Below are positions 46,624 through 55,908 of a stretch of 64,000 bases of DNA, in pieces (positions within the stretch are counted from its first letter, which is position 1; every line of letters starts with the position of its first letter). The notes under the pieces were generated by a model, which saw nothing but the letters and a program-made list of their open reading frames with translations, searched no databases and was not told where the DNA came from. The stretch lies in IMG/VR virus record IMGVR_UViG_2061766007_000491, one strand, 5' to 3'. Made by a program: the position numbers and the translations under genes. Origin of the DNA: an uncultured virus (IMG/VR IMGVR_UViG_2061766007_000491). Taxonomy: Duplodnaviria; Heunggongvirae; Uroviricota; Caudoviricetes.

Positions 46624-49526
46624 GACTAGGATACTTATTAGAGGCACTAAACAACCCTTACGGCGATCACTCTGCGATTGATACCCTCTATGGCACACCC
46701 ACTGAGCCTATCATGTTGCCTATCCCTGTAGATACAGCACTTAGAGAGGGCAGGAATGTGGATGATGCTATGGATGCGTTATTAAAGCACAGCGGATACG
46801 ATGGGGAAGGGAACAAGGCTTTAAGGGAGAGGGTCATTAAGGCGGTGAATGCGTTACCTGTAGTGTGGGCTAGTCCGAACGGTCAGAACGCACGAACGGG
46901 GAAGGATGCCCTGCCTATCTTGACATGGTTCCTGGGTATATGGAACGGCACAGCGGGTACGATACAGCATGATTTAGAGCAGGTGAGCGATCTAGTAGTG
47001 TCTAAGAACGGTATGAAGTCCACGAGGGGCAAGTGGTTAGACGAGTTACAGAGGCGTTATCCCACTATGGACAAGTTCAGGGCTTTTATAGAGCGGGAGA
47101 GGGAGAACCCAGCGAACAAGGTCGAGGATGAAACTGTGGAGGGGTACGATTATCCGAACCCGTTTTACAGTGATTCTAAGGTGGATGTGTATAAGGCGAG
47201 TACGATCAGTGATGCGATCAAGTACAGCAAGGGGTACACATTTTGTATAGGCAGGCGGGATGGGAGCAACCTATTCTACGGGTATAGGATTGCTGCTGAT
47301 GCGCCTGAAAGTACGGTGTATTTTTGCTGGTTCAAGGGGCCTCATGGTGAAAAGACGCACGACAATATGTGTGTGATTCATGTTAGCTCTAACGGCAAGT
47401 ATAGAATGACCAATGCTGGCAACACGAACGGGAGTCCTGTGGTGGATAAAGAGACCGTGTTACGGGAATACCCTGCGTTAAAGGGTGTGTTGGATAAGAT
47501 GTATAGCGAGCCTCTGGATGATGAAGAGAAAGTGGTGTCCTCTGTGAGACCGTTCACTGTGATAGACTTGAACGATACGACTAAGGGCTATACGAGGAAG
47601 CAGATAGCGATGTTGATAGGGAATGCCTGTCGGTTTGGGGACGATTACTTTGAATGGGTATATGAAACGCTGGATGGAGGGGACTTAGAAAGTGGAGACT
47701 CCCTGATACGGAAATACTTGGCTACTGGTGCGAACCGACCCACTGAGGAGCAAGAGGAGAGGCTTGTGAGGGATGGCTGGGGCGAGTATGTGGAATATAA
47801 CTTGAAGCAGTACACCAAGCAGATGCGTGAGGTACAAGAACACGATAATAAATATACCTTAGAGCCTGTGATTGTATCAGGTAAAACAATAGCCTATAAA
47901 GTTAAGACTAATAACGCAGGTTATTCTGCTGTAAATTTATACGCTCCGTTAGATGTACCGTTACAGATACAAAACGGTGGGAATACCTTTATAAAGTTAA
48001 AAGGCGATCTTTGGAATGATGATGCTTTATCTAATCTACAGCTAGAGATTAAAGGGCCTTATCTGAGTGAACTTTATATAATAGATAATAACCGCATAAA
48101 GAGTATAGAGTCCTTACCTCACCTGCCTATAACACATATAGGCATAGAGAATACGAATATAAGTGGTGATGTAGATGTCAGTAACATATATAACTTAGAT
48201 TATATCTCTATAGTAAAATGCAATAAGGTACTAGGTGTAAAAGGAAACCCTGGTATATTAGGCAGGGTTTTATCTATAAGTGTAAAAGACTGTGTTAATT
48301 TTGAAAGAGTAGAAGTTAAAACTAATGTCTATCCAAAGATAGACCTTTATAATGTGGGTATTCACGATATAAGTTATATTACGACACCCTTCTCAAAGCT
48401 ATTTATAACAGAATGCAAGAAACTAAAATCTGTAAACGGCATTTATGATAAGCTAGGTGAAGTAGAGGAGTTATTTATACAGAGTTGTCCTAACTTAGAG
48501 GATGTATCTGATTTTAGACAATACAGGTCAACAGAGCCTATAAAGCAGGTAGTGATTACTAATAATCCTAAAATACGGGAAGAGGACTATATCAAGTATA
48601 TTCTGCCATTATATAAGCCTTTGCCTATAAACAGGCAAAAAGCAACGAATGATTTTGTAAGCAGGTCTTTCCCGAAGGGTATGCGTGTTTTTAAGGACAC
48701 CCTACAGGTATATGGCAAAACAGGGAAAGAAGCCTATAATATGGAAAAGTATTATGTGCATGATTTTCAATATACATCCCCATATAAGCATCCCTTAGTT
48801 GTACCTCTTGCAGATGTAAACAGTTACGGGAATGTTAAGGATTATTCAGGGTTGCTGAAAGTCGGGTCTCTAACTATAGCGAATAACTATCTAATGACTG
48901 ATTTTGAACCTATCTCTCACATAGAGATACGAACATACTTACACATAAGTACCTGTGGGAGTTTATTTAGTACAAAGGATTGTCCTGCTGTAGAGGGTTT
49001 AAGCATAGATAATTGTAATAACATACAAGAGGTGCTTATACCTAACAAGAACAAAAAAACGCTTATATCTACCTGTAGTCCGTCTTTAATAAAAGGTAAC
49101 GGTGCGGTTATACCAGAGTTACAATTACATTTTATAGGCTATAATCATGCGGATAAGAAACTAGACTTAGCTGCTATAAAAAGTCGAGTAAATAAATTAG
49201 AGCTAACGACTAATAGTTATGTAAACGAATCTGCACCCTTTGAAAGACTACAAGTAAAAGTACATAACTTAGTGCTTTCTAACTTATCAAATATCAAGTC
49301 ATTAGAGGGCTTCAATAAAGATAACATACCTGACGTTATAGATATTATATCATGGTATCAGATGGGTATGTCCCCTGAGACGTTTATAAAACAAGTAGAA
49401 GCAAACGATTATTTTATATTGAGGCATATAAACGCAAACTCTTTCTTTAGGGAAGATAAATGTCCACTTAAAAAATACTATGAAAAGCATTGGAGTGATT
49501 TGTTAGACGCTAACCTAGAATTTTAA
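46620..49526 (+). CDS. Modular paralogue family member 5 (no ESL tail)
   Basis: Core YKAS...KGYTFCIG..NLFY.YR..YFCWFK..HDNMCVIHV; LRR-like region. Confidence 0.85.
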   Translation: MRLGYLLEALNNPYGDHSAIDTLYGTPTEPIMLPIPVDTALREGRNVDDAMDALLKHSGYDGEGNKALRERVIKAVNALPVVWASPNGQNARTGKDALPILTWFLGIWNGTAGTIQHDLEQVSDLVVSKNGMKSTRGKWLDELQRRYPTMDKFRAFIERERENPANKVEDETVEGYDYPNPFYSDSKVDVYKASTISDAIKYSKGYTFCIGRRDGSNLFYGYRIAADAPESTVYFCWFKGPHGEKTHDNMCVIHVSSNGKYRMTNAGNTNGSPVVDKETVLREYPALKGVLDKMYSEPLDDEEKVVSSVRPFTVIDLNDTTKGYTRKQIAMLIGNACRFGDDYFEWVYETLDGGDLESGDSLIRKYLATGANRPTEEQEERLVRDGWGEYVEYNLKQYTKQMREVQEHDNKYTLEPVIVSGKTIAYKVKTNNAGYSAVNLYAPLDVPLQIQNGGNTFIKLKGDLWNDDALSNLQLEIKGPYLSELYIIDNNRIKSIESLPHLPITHIGIENTNISGDVDVSNIYNLDYISIVKCNKVLGVKGNPGILGRVLSISVKDCVNFERVEVKTNVYPKIDLYNVGIHDISYITTPFSKLFITECKKLKSVNGIYDKLGEVEELFIQSCPNLEDVSDFRQYRSTEPIKQVVITNNPKIREEDYIKYILPLYKPLPINRQKATNDFVSRSFPKGMRVFKDTLQVYGKTGKEAYNMEKYYVHDFQYTSPYKHPLVVPLADVNSYGNVKDYSGLLKVGSLTIANNYLMTDFEPISHIEIRTYLHISTCGSLFSTKDCPAVEGLSIDNCNNIQEVLIPNKNKKTLISTCSPSLIKGNGAVIPELQLHFIGYNHADKKLDLAAIKSRVNKLELTTNSYVNESAPFERLQVKVHNLVLSNLSNIKSLEGFNKDNIPDVIDIISWYQMGMSPETFIKQVEANDYFILRHINANSFFREDKCPLKKYYEKHWSDLLDANLEF

Positions 49527-49543
49527 CACAAAGAGACCGATTT

Positions 49544-52500
49544 ATGAGCATTAGAACACTAGAACAGTTATTGAACGGCACACACCCTACGGATACACAC
49601 CCTGCTATGAGGGTACTACCTGCATATACCTATCCCACCGATGAGGGTCAAAGTGTGCGGGGCATGGCATTAGGCATCCTGAGCAGGGCTGGTGTGAAAG
49701 ATGCGGAGGGTGTTCTGGACACCTTAGCGTCTCTGTCAGTGTCGAATGATTTAGGGGCTAGAACGATAGCACAGGTGGAAAAGAACGAGAAAGCCCTTAT
49801 CCCTGTAGTGAACTGGTATGTGGGTGCTAGGGATTGGAGTCAGCCCTATACGGACAGTGATGAAGCTAGTGTAATTGAGGATATAGGGGATGCAATACGG
49901 AAGATATATAGTTATGAGACCACACGGAATTACAATGGTGGGTTGACGGCGATACAAGCGAGGTACAGGACTCTGGGCAAGCTGAATGCTTGGTTAGAGG
50001 CAGAGAGTAAAGATAACAGGAATATCAAGATGGACAGGGGAGGGTACAACTTCCCTGAGCTACTAGCATACAGTGATAAGGGTGTGGATGTATATAAGGC
50101 GAGCAACCCGATGGAGGCGATAGCATTATCGAAGGGGTATAGTTTCTGCATTGGACAGCCTGGGGGGAATAATATGTTTTATTCCTACCGCAACGACCCT
50201 AAAGACGCTACTGCCTACTTTGCATGGTTTAAGGATGCTGAGGGGAATAAGACTCACGACAATATGTGTGTGTTGCACGTTGGGAGTGATGGGCGGTATA
50301 GATTGACGGGATCGGGCAATCACGGTTCTCCTGTTGTGAGCAAGCGGGAGGTACTGAGTGAATACCCTGCTTTGAGAGGAGCATTGGAATCTGGTAAATT
50401 GACTGCTGATGAATACAGTGAGGACGAAAAGGCAGTACAGTTTGTTCGACCTATGGCAAGGATTGAGCTAAATGGACGGACAAAAACATTCTCCCCTACC
50501 AGCATAGCCATTCTGATAGGCAAGGGTTGTGTATTCAGCGATGAATTTTTTGATTACGTTTGGGAGGAAGTAGATAAAGGGAGGTATAGGGATGCAGGGT
50601 ATGATTCACTGATTAGGAAGTATGTACTGGCTGGGTTCACACGGCTAAGTCCCCACCAGAGAGAGGTGTTAGAAGGGTCTGGATATGGCAGGGAGGTACA
50701 AGCGTCTGAGGTTAGGTATAAGAGGCATTGGGTACAGGAGCAGATGGCATATTTTGAAAACTTAATTGCTAGTGGGAAAATGAGCATGGAGGAGAAAGAG
50801 GATGGATACCATATTGAATCGAGGAAGGTAGAGCCTATTAAGCTATACAGTCCATTGGACAAGAACATTATTATAGACGATGTGCATACCCTAGAGATAC
50901 TTGGAAATGTCTGGGATGACCATAACATTAAGAGTCTCCGTATAGGTGATGATGAAATAAAAAATACAATTAGTGAGCTAACCATTAGGGATAATGATAC
51001 TCTGACTAGAATTGAGCTTGACCCGACATTTAAGAGGTTACACGCACTTGGTTTAACTATTACGAACTGTACCAGACTTGAGACGCTAGAGGGTTTGAAC
51101 TTTAGGGCGGTTACTGGTACATTTGAGATACACTACTTACCTAAACTAAAAAATCTAAAGGGGATAGAATCACTGCCAGCATTGCCGAGGCAGTTTATGA
51201 TATGGTATTGCTCTGATTTGGAATCCCTAGATGGGTTAGATACTGCCTATGGGGACGAGGAATATCAATTACGTTTGAATGGGTTGCCCAAACTGCATAA
51301 CATGAAACACCTTCCTAAAGGGACACATCTTTTATCCTTAACTGATGTAGGACTTAACAGCGTAGAGGGCATTGAATGGTTATTGGATATGGATGACCCT
51401 GATTATGAGGGTAGGGAGATTTTAAAGAAGGTAGCATACTCTATCATGGAATTTTACAATGAGAAGTATGATGTAATGAAGGAGAGGATACCTGCTGATG
51501 CACTAGCCAAGCTATATGTGTATGTCCAGGAAAGTGGGCTTGATTTCTTTAATGAGAATATATATCACTTCACGGGTGAGGTTCCGCCAAAGGGTGCTAA
51601 GACCCTTGTTATCAATGGACATAAATATCTGAATAGGGTAGTAGGTCACATGGACACGAGTAATTATATTCCAAAGCTGGAATATATGCCCAAGAAAGCG
51701 GATACACTTAAGTACAATAACAAGCTATGTGCTGACCTAGAGGGGATAACCCCTAACATCCTTGAACTCACCATAAACTCGGATTGTGTTGGAAACCTAC
51801 ACAGTTTAAGGGGAATACGTAAAGTTGGCACACTCAATATGCGAGGTGAGATACCTGCTGAATGGATAGAGTCACTTATAGATGACAAAGAGGCTGATAT
51901 AAGAATTTTAGATATAGGTTATTATGGCGATAATCCTGAACTAGCAGATGCTTTTGTTAGTGCCTTAGAACGATATATAAGTAAACACCTCACTACCAAG
52001 ATACACGCTATACCTCGCTTTAACAGTGAATATGTAAGGAAAAAGTTTAAGGAACGATTATCCGATAACCTAACAACGGATGAATCCCTGACTCCCTGCC
52101 ACACACTGATGCGCACATTGAATGCGGTGTCAGAGGGTTGGATGGACAAAGTGAGTGGGTTCTTAGACAAGGTTGACCCTGATCGGTCTAAGATGCGTGG
52201 TTTAGCCAAGACAGCCCTTGCTCTTGCTGGCGGTGGCGAGCTTGACGATCTGGTGGGACTGATAAAAGACCGTTCCACCGATGCCGAAGTGGACGATGAC
52301 CGTGCTACCGACATATTGAGGGAAGTGAGTCTGATCTTAGGCAAGACCGATGCTGAGGTGAACCAATTTACCCGTCTCCCTGAGAAAGAGCGCACGGAGA
52401 GGGTCAAAAAGGCACTGCAAGACGTGATCTATCGCAAGTACAAGATGAACCGTTCTGAGGGTCGGGCAATGGAAAGGCTGTTATACAGGCGCATAAAGGA

Positions 52501-53020
52501 TGCCCTCTGGAATAAGTATAAATGCACTTTAGGCGAAAGCCTAAACGGTCATGCCCAGCCTGACACTCTGGGTGAATCAATCACCCACAAGGCAAAAGCA
52601 CGGAACGAGAGCCTGTCTAAGCCCTTGCAAAGCCCTGACTGGTATAACCATACCACCCACCACATAAAAGTGTCTCACAAGGCAAATACGGGCGTTTTTG
52701 AGGGGCTTCCACCCACAGTAAACTTCGAGGGTGAAGTGATGGAACTCACCACTACCGAGAGCGATAACGACTCTCGCTACGGTCATGTCAAGCCCGACTT
52801 AAAAGGTCATGCTATGCCTGACACTACCGAGGCTAACGAAGTAGATACCATAGTAGCGAACGTACATAGGCTTATAGAGAGGGACTTGAGCGAGCAAGAC
52901 CTAGAGAGTCCTGAGTTCAAGAAGGAACTGGCTAAGATGTGCATGAGGTTCGCCAACAGCGACAAACGCACTGCTAAGAAGGCGTTTATAAAAACACTTA
53001 AAAATTTTATACAAAAATAA
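49544..53020 (+). CDS. Modular paralogue family member 6 with C-terminal extension
   Basis: Core YKAS...KGYSFCIG..NMFYSYR; clear LRRs (LETLEGL, LKNLKGI, LESLDGL); internal TDESLTP..LMRTLNAVSE, then about 300 further residues. Confidence 0.85.
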   Translation: MSIRTLEQLLNGTHPTDTHPAMRVLPAYTYPTDEGQSVRGMALGILSRAGVKDAEGVLDTLASLSVSNDLGARTIAQVEKNEKALIPVVNWYVGARDWSQPYTDSDEASVIEDIGDAIRKIYSYETTRNYNGGLTAIQARYRTLGKLNAWLEAESKDNRNIKMDRGGYNFPELLAYSDKGVDVYKASNPMEAIALSKGYSFCIGQPGGNNMFYSYRNDPKDATAYFAWFKDAEGNKTHDNMCVLHVGSDGRYRLTGSGNHGSPVVSKREVLSEYPALRGALESGKLTADEYSEDEKAVQFVRPMARIELNGRTKTFSPTSIAILIGKGCVFSDEFFDYVWEEVDKGRYRDAGYDSLIRKYVLAGFTRLSPHQREVLEGSGYGREVQASEVRYKRHWVQEQMAYFENLIASGKMSMEEKEDGYHIESRKVEPIKLYSPLDKNIIIDDVHTLEILGNVWDDHNIKSLRIGDDEIKNTISELTIRDNDTLTRIELDPTFKRLHALGLTITNCTRLETLEGLNFRAVTGTFEIHYLPKLKNLKGIESLPALPRQFMIWYCSDLESLDGLDTAYGDEEYQLRLNGLPKLHNMKHLPKGTHLLSLTDVGLNSVEGIEWLLDMDDPDYEGREILKKVAYSIMEFYNEKYDVMKERIPADALAKLYVYVQESGLDFFNENIYHFTGEVPPKGAKTLVINGHKYLNRVVGHMDTSNYIPKLEYMPKKADTLKYNNKLCADLEGITPNILELTINSDCVGNLHSLRGIRKVGTLNMRGEIPAEWIESLIDDKEADIRILDIGYYGDNPELADAFVSALERYISKHLTTKIHAIPRFNSEYVRKKFKERLSDNLTTDESLTPCHTLMRTLNAVSEGWMDKVSGFLDKVDPDRSKMRGLAKTALALAGGGELDDLVGLIKDRSTDAEVDDDRATDILREVSLILGKTDAEVNQFTRLPEKERTERVKKALQDVIYRKYKMNRSEGRAMERLLYRRIKDALWNKYKCTLGESLNGHAQPDTLGESITHKAKARNESLSKPLQSPDWYNHTTHHIKVSHKANTGVFEGLPPTVNFEGEVMELTTTESDNDSRYGHVKPDLKGHAMPDTTEANEVDTIVANVHRLIERDLSEQDLESPEFKKELAKMCMRFANSDKRTAKKAFIKTLKNFIQK

Positions 53021-53049
53021 CTTGCTTCTCTCGCTGGAATGTGTAAAAT
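53001..53049 (+). promoter_or_regulatory. Sigma70-type promoter with the same A-tract as 20009
   Basis: AAAATTTTATACAAAAAT..TTGCTT-16 nt-TAAAAT. Confidence 0.5.
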
Positions 53050-53086
53050 GTGTGCAGTTACTCACGATGGTGTGGGTAACGCACTC

Positions 53087-53587
53087 ATGTTAAGTATGAC
53101 ACAAGTTGAAAAGATAAAGTATGTTGCCAAGGTAGCGATACTGGTATGGAACACTCATGCGAACAAGTTTGACGAGTTACGGATTACGCAAGAAGATTTC
53201 GTTCAGAATGTCTTTGTACGGTGTTCTGAGGTAGGCTGGGACAACCTAAATAGTGGCAAGGGTTTATCCACCTATGTCACGAAGCTGGCTCGTTCGTTAG
53301 CGATCAAGCTGTTAAGCAAGCGGTCTTTAGTAGATTATGTGGAACATGATTCAGAGGTATTGGAACTGAACATAACGCCCATAGACGAGACCGAGTTTCT
53401 GAGTCACCTATGGGAGTGTTTACCCACCAAGCCTGTATGCAGGGGTCACACCTACAGGGATATAATTGAGAGGTTTTTAGAGAGCAGTGATTGGGAATAT
53501 AGTGTAGGCACTAAGAACTGGACTACTATTGGCAAGGTACAGAGAGCGATAAAGGGATTTATACGTTATGCGGGACAAAATCTATGA
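53087..53587 (+). CDS. Putative RNA polymerase sigma-factor-like protein (region 2)
   Basis: EDFVQNVFVR...W......LSTYVTKLARSLAIKLL resembles sigma70/ECF region 2; start placed after the promoter. Confidence 0.55.
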   Translation: MLSMTQVEKIKYVAKVAILVWNTHANKFDELRITQEDFVQNVFVRCSEVGWDNLNSGKGLSTYVTKLARSLAIKLLSKRSLVDYVEHDSEVLELNITPIDETEFLSHLWECLPTKPVCRGHTYRDIIERFLESSDWEYSVGTKNWTTIGKVQRAIKGFIRYAGQNL

Positions 53588-53801
53588 TGCTAAGGGGCTA
53601 GAGTTACGCCCTGGGGATAGAGTGACTTCTAAGGTAGGTCTGTTTACACAAGGCTTTGTGAGTGACGACTGGCTCACGAACGTACCTGACGGCGAGATAC
53701 GGGTTTATGTAAACCTGTTGCCTATCGTGACTAAGAAAAACACGGTTCGGCAAAGAAAGAAGTTTTATACCGTGAATCCCCGTTTAATATGGAAGGTCTA
53801 A
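53568..53801 (+). CDS. Hypothetical protein (SH3/KOW-like)
   Basis: D.KG.ELRPGDRV N-terminal pattern. Confidence 0.6.
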   Translation: MRDKIYDAKGLELRPGDRVTSKVGLFTQGFVSDDWLTNVPDGEIRVYVNLLPIVTKKNTVRQRKKFYTVNPRLIWKV

Positions 53802-54244
53802 ACGTGGATGGTCACACTATGCCTGACATAAGGGGTCATGCCCAGCCTGACACACACCCTACTACGGTGAGGACATTATACCTGGGCATACCGAGGGGGA
53901 TAGACGCTAACACCTTTACGGTACTGAGCGATAAGGCTACACTGGTTGCGTACTGTGATCGGTGGTCTGGGAGTGACGTTGCCTTACGGATGGATTGCAG
54001 GGGGATAGCTGACCCTTCGCTATACCAATACATACTGCGATTTATAGAGGGGTATGAAGGTTCCATAGAGCTAATAGCGAGGGAACCTGTACCTGAGACC
54101 ATACTGTCACGGTTCACAGTGATTAAAAAGGCGTTTACCCCACCTGAGAAGGGTTCTATCTGGTTAAAGGTGCTGGGTGAGATACCGCCTTATATGCGGG
54201 ACAAGATAGGTTCCTTATACGGATTTGAATATGCTGATAATTAG
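53789..54244 (+). CDS. Possible degenerate clamp-loader (delta-prime-like) subunit
   Basis: ILRFIE...ETILSRF resembles the LLK.LEE...TILSRC signature; no P-loop. Confidence 0.4.
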   Translation: MEGLNVDGHTMPDIRGHAQPDTHPTTVRTLYLGIPRGIDANTFTVLSDKATLVAYCDRWSGSDVALRMDCRGIADPSLYQYILRFIEGYEGSIELIAREPVPETILSRFTVIKKAFTPPEKGSIWLKVLGEIPPYMRDKIGSLYGFEYADN

Positions 54245-54842
54245 CTTAGAAGGTTTAGATGGGTGTGGAAAATCCACACAATGCAAAATGTTACACGACA
54301 CACTCACGGAGCGAGGTTTTCATGTTGGCATGGTACGAGAGCCTGGTGGGAGTGATCTGGGCAATGAATTACGCTCTATTCTGTTAAGGGAAGGTCGTAT
54401 TGCTCTATGGGCAGAGGCTTACCTGTTTATGGCAGCGAGGGCGCAGATGCTCTCTGAGTTAGGCGAGTACGACATACTATTATGTGATAGGTACATTGAT
54501 TCCAGTGTAGTTTATCAGGGCTATGCGAGGGGTTTAGGCATAGAACGTATCTGGAAGCTGAGTGACCCTTCCATTGCTGACCGCTACCCTGACACTACGC
54601 TGTATATAAGAGTGCCTTATGAGACGTGCTTAGAGAGACTAACCAGCAGGGGCAAGGCAGACCGTATTGAGTCCAGCGGTATTGAGTTTTTCAAGCGGGT
54701 CTATGAGGGATATGAGACTCTAAGCGACCAAGACACAAACAGGTGGATTACGATAGATGGTCTAGGCACACCTGAGCAGGTACATGACCGTATCATACTA
54801 TCTCTAAGGCAACGCTATACCCACTTATATATGCGTATATAA
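54231..54842 (+). CDS. tmk: Thymidylate kinase
   Basis: LEGLDGCGKST, REPGG, LFMAARAQ, DRY.DSS.VYQG, DRIE. Confidence 0.95.
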   Translation: MLIISLEGLDGCGKSTQCKMLHDTLTERGFHVGMVREPGGSDLGNELRSILLREGRIALWAEAYLFMAARAQMLSELGEYDILLCDRYIDSSVVYQGYARGLGIERIWKLSDPSIADRYPDTTLYIRVPYETCLERLTSRGKADRIESSGIEFFKRVYEGYETLSDQDTNRWITIDGLGTPEQVHDRIILSLRQRYTHLYMRI

Positions 54843-54881
54843 CGCTATATAACGTACATATTTGACTTATAAGACGTTTTT

Positions 54882-55205
54882 ATGACAAAAACATACTATT
54901 ATAACCCACCGAGGCTAAGAACGACTTTAGCGATCACTGCTGGCATATTCACTATATTCATAGGTATGCTGATAGTGGGTTGCTGTGAGAGGCAAGAGAC
55001 TCCACAACTAAGTCCCACTGAGTATATGCAAGAGCAATCAGACTTCAACTACAGAGAGGCTACCAGTGGGGGAGGCTATGCACCCAGAACCTACCATGCT
55101 TCACTGGCGACCATGTACGAGGTGCGGTTATTGAGGCAAGAGGTACAGACATTGAACTCCAACATAACCTACCTGATAGACCACCTGTCTGAGAGAGACC
55201 GCTAA
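54882..55205 (+). CDS. Membrane/lipoprotein-like hypothetical protein
   Basis: Hydrophobic segment ending LIVG-C. Confidence 0.6.
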   Translation: MTKTYYYNPPRLRTTLAITAGIFTIFIGMLIVGCCERQETPQLSPTEYMQEQSDFNYREATSGGGYAPRTYHASLATMYEVRLLRQEVQTLNSNITYLIDHLSERDR

Positions 55206-55236
55206 CCCACTGTGAATAACTTGTGAATAACCCAAT

Positions 55237-55908
55237 ATGAGTGTAAAAAACAGAATCCAGTGTGAAGAGTCTAACTATGGGCTTATATCGTACCTATGGC
55301 CTTTATATCGGTGGGTATATTATCCCTACACGCCTTTTGTACCTGAGAGCCATTTAATAGTGGTGTGTGACATGGAGAGGGATTTATACCCCACTAAAAC
55401 GTGCATATATCTAACCAAGCACAATGGGGTCAAGGTGGACACGAAACAAGGGTTTATCACGATACTCTCTGAGAGGTGGGCATTAGACGACAAGCTCAAG
55501 GGTATGTTGCTTGCCTTAGATGACACTGAGTTCTGGGAGGCTGGCAAGTATTTCTGGCTTATGGGGACACTGCCTTATGCTCTGGGTACGGACACCACTG
55601 CGAGTGTATTTAAGGTGTTCAGGGCGTTATTCAGCGATTATGGTACGGCTTATGCCATGTACCGTGCGATGCAAAGGTCTTACAAGGCTGTATTCAGCGG
55701 GTTACTGTCCATGATGCTCAAGAGCCAAGCGGAACTGGTTACAGCGGATGCCTCACCTGTATATAAGAGGGCATTACAAGAGAACCGTATCTATATGGGT
55801 TGGTTCCGCAGGTGTGTTACGGATTACTTATCTAGTGATCGCACAGAGAGGGATTTTCTTACCTTTTTATACCAATGTTCACAGGCACGGAGGGGTGTAT
55901 TAGCATGA
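55237..55908 (+). CDS. Hypothetical protein
   Basis: Intact ORF. Confidence 0.65.
   Translation: MSVKNRIQCEESNYGLISYLWPLYRWVYYPYTPFVPESHLIVVCDMERDLYPTKTCIYLTKHNGVKVDTKQGFITILSERWALDDKLKGMLLALDDTEFWEAGKYFWLMGTLPYALGTDTTASVFKVFRALFSDYGTAYAMYRAMQRSYKAVFSGLLSMMLKSQAELVTADASPVYKRALQENRIYMGWFRRCVTDYLSSDRTERDFLTFLYQCSQARRGVLA

Larger units (their letters stand above)
52547..53853 (+). repeat. Five copies of a 20-bp GGTCA-N9-(T/C)GAC repeat inside two genes
   Basis: Copies at 52547, 52781, 52805, 53810, 53834; consensus GGTCATGCCCAGCCTGACAC. Confidence 0.75.

Noticed and set aside
52547..53853. CRISPR array
   Set aside because: Repeats are 20 bp, degenerate, in frame within CDSs and lack regular spacers; no cas genes.
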